NCBI GenBank assembly: GCA_046484135.1 | Contig: JAWOBU010000032.1 | Coordinates: forward strand, 1 to 19,009 | Source of the DNA: a bacterium | GTDB lineage: Bacteria; RBG-13-61-14; DATKZS01 | Direction of reading: 5' to 3' | Length of the DNA stretch: 19,009 nucleotides | Shown: piece by piece, positions 16,354 through 19,009 of the stretch | How positions within the stretch are numbered: position 1 is the first letter of the stretch | Layout: the number at the start of each line of letters is the position of its first letter | Made by a program: the position numbers and the translations under genes | Notes under the pieces: model-generated | The model's input: only the letters and a program-made list of their open reading frames with translations | The model's database searches: none | Told to the model about the DNA's origin: nothing

Positions 16354-17133
16354 TTAACTCTCTCCGCCTTTCTTGTTTTCGGCCAAGGCGGCAAGCTGGG
16401 AGATGCACAAAGCCTGGTTCCTGTCCTCCAGGCGAATGGCGTCCTCCAGGCTCATGCCCCCCGCGTTACGGTCCAGGGCCTCCTTGGTAAGACGAAGTCC
16501 CAAAGGCGACTTGCCCGACATGTTCTGCGCCAGGGCCATGGCAGCGTCCCGCAGCTTGCCCGATTCCACTACCTCCTGCACGAACCCGATGCGAAGGGCC
16601 TCCTCCGCGCTGAAAAAGTCGCCGGTCAAAAGATAGCGGGCGGCGTTGCCAAGCCCCACCGTGCGGGTAAAAAGCCACGACGAGCCCATGTCCGCGCCGC
16701 CGGTGCCGATGTTGATGTACGCGGCACTGAACTTGGCCCCGGGCGCCGCAAGCCGCACATCGCACGCCATGGCCAGCGAAAGACCGGCGCCCACCGCGGC
16801 GCCGTTCAGAGCGCCGACTATCGGCTGCGGGCACCTGCGCATGAAAAGGATGACGTCGGAAAACAGCCTTTGCAGCTCGTAGGAAAGCTTGGGGGTGTAG
16901 CGGTTCTCCGGCGTGGTGATGCTCGAGTCTTTAAGGTCCAGGCCCGAGCAGAAACCCTTGCCTGCGCCCGTAATAACGATCACCCGTGTGTCCGTGTCCG
17001 TGAGCATCTCCATGAAAAAAGAACGCAGCTCGTCCCGCATCCGGTAGTTCATGGCGTTCATGCGCTCCGAGCGGTCCAGGGTCAAAACTCCTACCGCGTC
17101 CTCCTTGTGAAACCTTATGGTACTGTACTCCAT
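16354..17133 (-). CDS. Enoyl-CoA hydratase/isomerase (crotonase) family protein
   Basis: LTLDRSERMNA, ITGAGKGFCSGLDL, PIVGALNGAAVGAGLSLAMACDVR and AEEALRIGFV. Start at ATG 17133 (MEYSTI) with RBS AAGGAGG. Confidence 0.92.
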   Translation of the reverse strand: MEYSTIRFHKEDAVGVLTLDRSERMNAMNYRMRDELRSFFMEMLTDTDTRVIVITGAGKGFCSGLDLKDSSITTPENRYTPKLSYELQRLFSDVILFMRRCPQPIVGALNGAAVGAGLSLAMACDVRLAAPGAKFSAAYINIGTGGADMGSSWLFTRTVGLGNAARYLLTGDFFSAEEALRIGFVQEVVESGKLRDAAMALAQNMSGKSPLGLRLTKEALDRNAGGMSLEDAIRLEDRNQALCISQLAALAENKKGGES

Positions 17134-17179
17134 GCTAACTCCTCCTTGCCGGCGGCCGGTCCGTTTGTTCGCACCTGAA

Positions 17180-17208
17180 AACATACCAGCAAAACCAAGG
17201 CCGCTCAA
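17180..17208 (-). promoter_or_regulatory. Predicted sigma70 promoter for the five-gene minus-strand operon
   Basis: The minus strand reads TTGAGC (17208-17203), 17-bp spacer ending TGg, TATGTT (17185-17180). Confidence 0.55.
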
Positions 17209-17279
17209 ACCAGGCGGCGTTCCGAAAGATCAGGCGGGGCAGGGGCGGCAAGCCGGGGATGGAACGACGGCCGCCGCAA

Positions 17280-17288
17280 TGCTATAAT
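17280..17288 (+). promoter_or_regulatory. Consensus extended -10 promoter for tonB
   Basis: TGcTATAAT, 20 bp before ATG 17309; no recognisable -35. Confidence 0.6.
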
Positions 17289-17308
17289 CGTTCCAGGTCG
17301 CGCAGGAC

Positions 17309-18211
17309 ATGCCCCTCATGAAACAAGGATACGGTTACACAAAGAACAACAATCCCCGCTTCATCTTGGCCCTGGTTTTTTCCCTGGTCCTCCATGCCGG
17401 GATAGTGGCCTTGGCCGGGAGCTCCATCGAGGAGCCCAAAAAACCGGAGTTCCGGGCCAAGGTGGACTTGAAGCTCCTCGCCCCCCCTGCGCCCGAGCCG
17501 AAAGCTCCGACTCCGGCAAAAACATCCCGGAAGCCCGAGCCCGAACCGGAAAAGAAAGAGAGCAAAAAACCGGAACCGAAGCCGGAAGTGCGGCCGGAAC
17601 CCGAGCCCGCGCCGGAGCCGGAACCGCGGGACCGGAAACCATCGCCCCAGCCTGAACCGGAGCCGAAGCAGAAGCCCGAACCAAAGCCCGAGCCAAAGCC
17701 CGAGCCAAAGCCCGAGCCGGAACCAGAGCCGGAACCAGAGCCGGAACCAGAAAAAAAACCGGAGGACGAGGTTGCTCCCGCTCCGGAGAAAGAAGAAGAC
17801 AAGTCTTTGCCAAAGGCCGAACAACCCCCCGAGTCCGACTCTTTCCTGGATCGGCTTTCCAGGAAGATGAAATCATCCAACACGGACCTTGCCCCCGCGC
17901 CGGACCCGGAGGCGGTCCTCAAGCGTTACCAGCGGGCGGTGCGCCGCAAGGTGGAGAGGAAAAAGCACTACCCCGCAGACTCGCAGCGCTCGGGCGACGC
18001 CGGCGTGGTCAAGGTACGTTTTGTGGTCGAATCTTCCGGCCGCATCCGGGAAGTAAAGATAGTCAACAGCTCGGGGTATCCTCTCCTGGACCGGGCGGCA
18101 AAGGACGCCGTACAGCAGGCCGCGCCTTTTCCGCCCATCCCCTCCGAGCTCGACCGCTCATCCCTTACCCTGGTCCTGCCAGTGTCCTTCCACCTGAAAC
18201 AAGGCTATTAG
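17309..18211 (+). CDS. tonB: Energy transducer TonB
   Basis: N-terminal TM with the S-x3-H motif (FSLVLHAG), an (EP/KP)n proline-rich spacer, and a TonB_C domain (HYPADSQRSGDAGVVKVRFVVESSGRI...SSGYPLLDRAAKDAV...PFPPIP...PVSF). The start could be 17318. Confidence 0.9.
   Translation: MPLMKQGYGYTKNNNPRFILALVFSLVLHAGIVALAGSSIEEPKKPEFRAKVDLKLLAPPAPEPKAPTPAKTSRKPEPEPEKKESKKPEPKPEVRPEPEPAPEPEPRDRKPSPQPEPEPKQKPEPKPEPKPEPKPEPEPEPEPEPEPEKKPEDEVAPAPEKEEDKSLPKAEQPPESDSFLDRLSRKMKSSNTDLAPAPDPEAVLKRYQRAVRRKVERKKHYPADSQRSGDAGVVKVRFVVESSGRIREVKIVNSSGYPLLDRAAKDAVQQAAPFPPIPSELDRSSLTLVLPVSFHLKQGY
17681..17752 (+). repeat. 12-bp tandem repeats in the TonB spacer: (CCAAAGCCCGAG)x3 then (CCGGAACCAGAG)x3, last copy imperfect
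   Basis: Read directly; encodes PKPE x3 then PEPE x3. Confidence 0.9.
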
Positions 18212-18303
18212 CAGATCAGATTAAAGTTTATAAGTTGCGTGCAAGCGACAAAGACAAGGTTGAACAAACACTACAGGTAATAGACGCTCGGAGGCTGCCG
18301 GGT

Positions 18304-19008
18304 TCAAAGGACCTTCTTGTCTCTGTCGGGCATGAAGCGCACAAGGAAAAGAACGAAGAGAGGGAGCAAAAGCCCTGCCATGAAGGCATAGCCGCTCCCG
18401 CTTTCACTTATCATGGCGCAGCCGGAGGAACTTCCCCCGCCGCTCGAGCTAGTCTCATTCGGCACCAGCGGACTGGTGCCCCGGTCAACCTCTTCGCCGT
18501 CGCTTATGCCGTCCCCGTCGGTGTCCGGGTTAAAAGGATCAGTGCCGCACTGGTACTCCTCCAGGTTGGTGAGGCCGTCCGAGTCCGGGTCAGCACTGCT
18601 GTCATCAAAGCCGATGTTTAATCCGACCTCGTCCTCCCACCAGTCCGGCAAGCCGTCGTCATCTTTATCAGTAAAATCCCCGAAATCATCGGAAGCGTCC
18701 GTCGGATTCCTGCCCGCTTTGATCTCGATGCCGTCCGGCTCGCCGCCGCCGTCCGTGTCCGAGTTATTTGCGCCTGCGCCGTATGATGCCTCGCAGGCGT
18801 CTCCCAGGTGGTCTCCGTCCGTGTCTTTCTGGCCGGTGTTTTTCGTCCGCTCGCAGTTGTCATAGCAGTTCAGGACCCCGTCTCCGTCCCGGTCGCCGTC
18901 CATGCAGGCCGGATCAACACCGGTGGCGGTGTCGCCGTGCACCAGCGGGCAATGGCACAAAGCGGCTTCCAGGCCGTCGTTTTGTCCGTCGCCGTCGGTG
19001 TCAGGGTT
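18304..19008 (-). CDS. Surface protein, C-terminal part: thrombospondin type-3-like Ca-binding DxDxDG repeats plus a Cys-containing CTERM sorting signal; 5' end lies outside the window
   Basis: Frame is open to the edge ([14 protein letters not shown]...). Repeats include [36 protein letters not shown] and [18 protein letters not shown]. The tail [11 protein letters not shown] is followed by a TM helix and a charged end (DRDKKVL). Confidence 0.85.
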   Translation of the reverse strand, partial: NPDTDGDGQNDGLEAALCHCPLVHGDTATGVDPACMDGDRDGDGVLNCYDNCERTKNTGQKDTDGDHLGDACEASYGAGANNSDTDGGGEPDGIEIKAGRNPTDASDDFGDFTDKDDDGLPDWWEDEVGLNIGFDDSSADPDSDGLTNLEEYQCGTDPFNPDTDGDGISDGEEVDRGTSPLVPNETSSSGGGSSSGCAMISESGSGYAFMAGLLLPLFVLFLVRFMPDRDKKVL

Positions 19009-19009
19009 T

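Noticed and set aside
16078..17178. 366-aa plus-strand ORF, and similar long shadow ORFs (5476..6294, 8809..9639, 9551..10456, 14865..15533)
   Set aside because: Antisense to well-supported genes; expected in high-GC coding DNA.
17212..17275. GC-rich inverted repeat (GGCGGCGTTCC...GGAACGACGGCCGCC) considered as a riboswitch or ncRNA upstream of tonB
   Set aside because: Lies between the two divergent predicted promoters, so probably untranscribed; no cobalamin or other riboswitch consensus recognised. An Rfam scan would settle it.
17282..17922. Antisense ORFs with (GS)n or (FRLW)n repeats
   Set aside because: Reverse-strand readings of the TonB Pro-Glu/Lys spacer.
18235..18621. 128-aa plus-strand ORF after tonB
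   Set aside because: TTG start without RBS, mostly antisense to the CTERM protein gene, no motifs.

Overview
GC-rich bacterial chromosomal window, probably a diderm delta-proteobacterial-type organism (inferred from MshEN, TonB and a Cys-containing CTERM sorting tail). Left to right: the 3' end and right terminus of an ISKra4-family (Mutator-like) IS, inserted 16 bp upstream of a predicted sigma70 promoter; a two-gene operon encoding an ATPase-less MshEN/T2SSE_N protein with a roughly 600-aa acidic Pro/Glu disordered region and C-terminal coiled coil, plus a lipoprotein; a minus-strand pair (lipoprotein with about 26 ankyrin repeats, CE4 polysaccharide deacetylase); a divergent secreted GH2 beta-glucuronidase and an NDUFA9-like SDR; a stand-alone encapsulin-cargo-type ferritin-like protein; a five-gene minus-strand operon (enoyl-CoA hydratase, DUF71/Dph6-like PP-loop ATPase, FAD oxidoreductase, metallophosphoesterase, membrane-anchored TxPSH sulfatase-like protein); an orphan tonB; and the 3' end of a Ca-binding DxDxDG-repeat surface protein with a CTERM sorting signal. 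No RNA genes or CRISPR arrays were seen. The best candidate for an undescribed system is the MshEN-IDR-coiled-coil protein, a possible c-di-GMP-controlled scaffold. All calls come from motif reading by eye; no searches were run.
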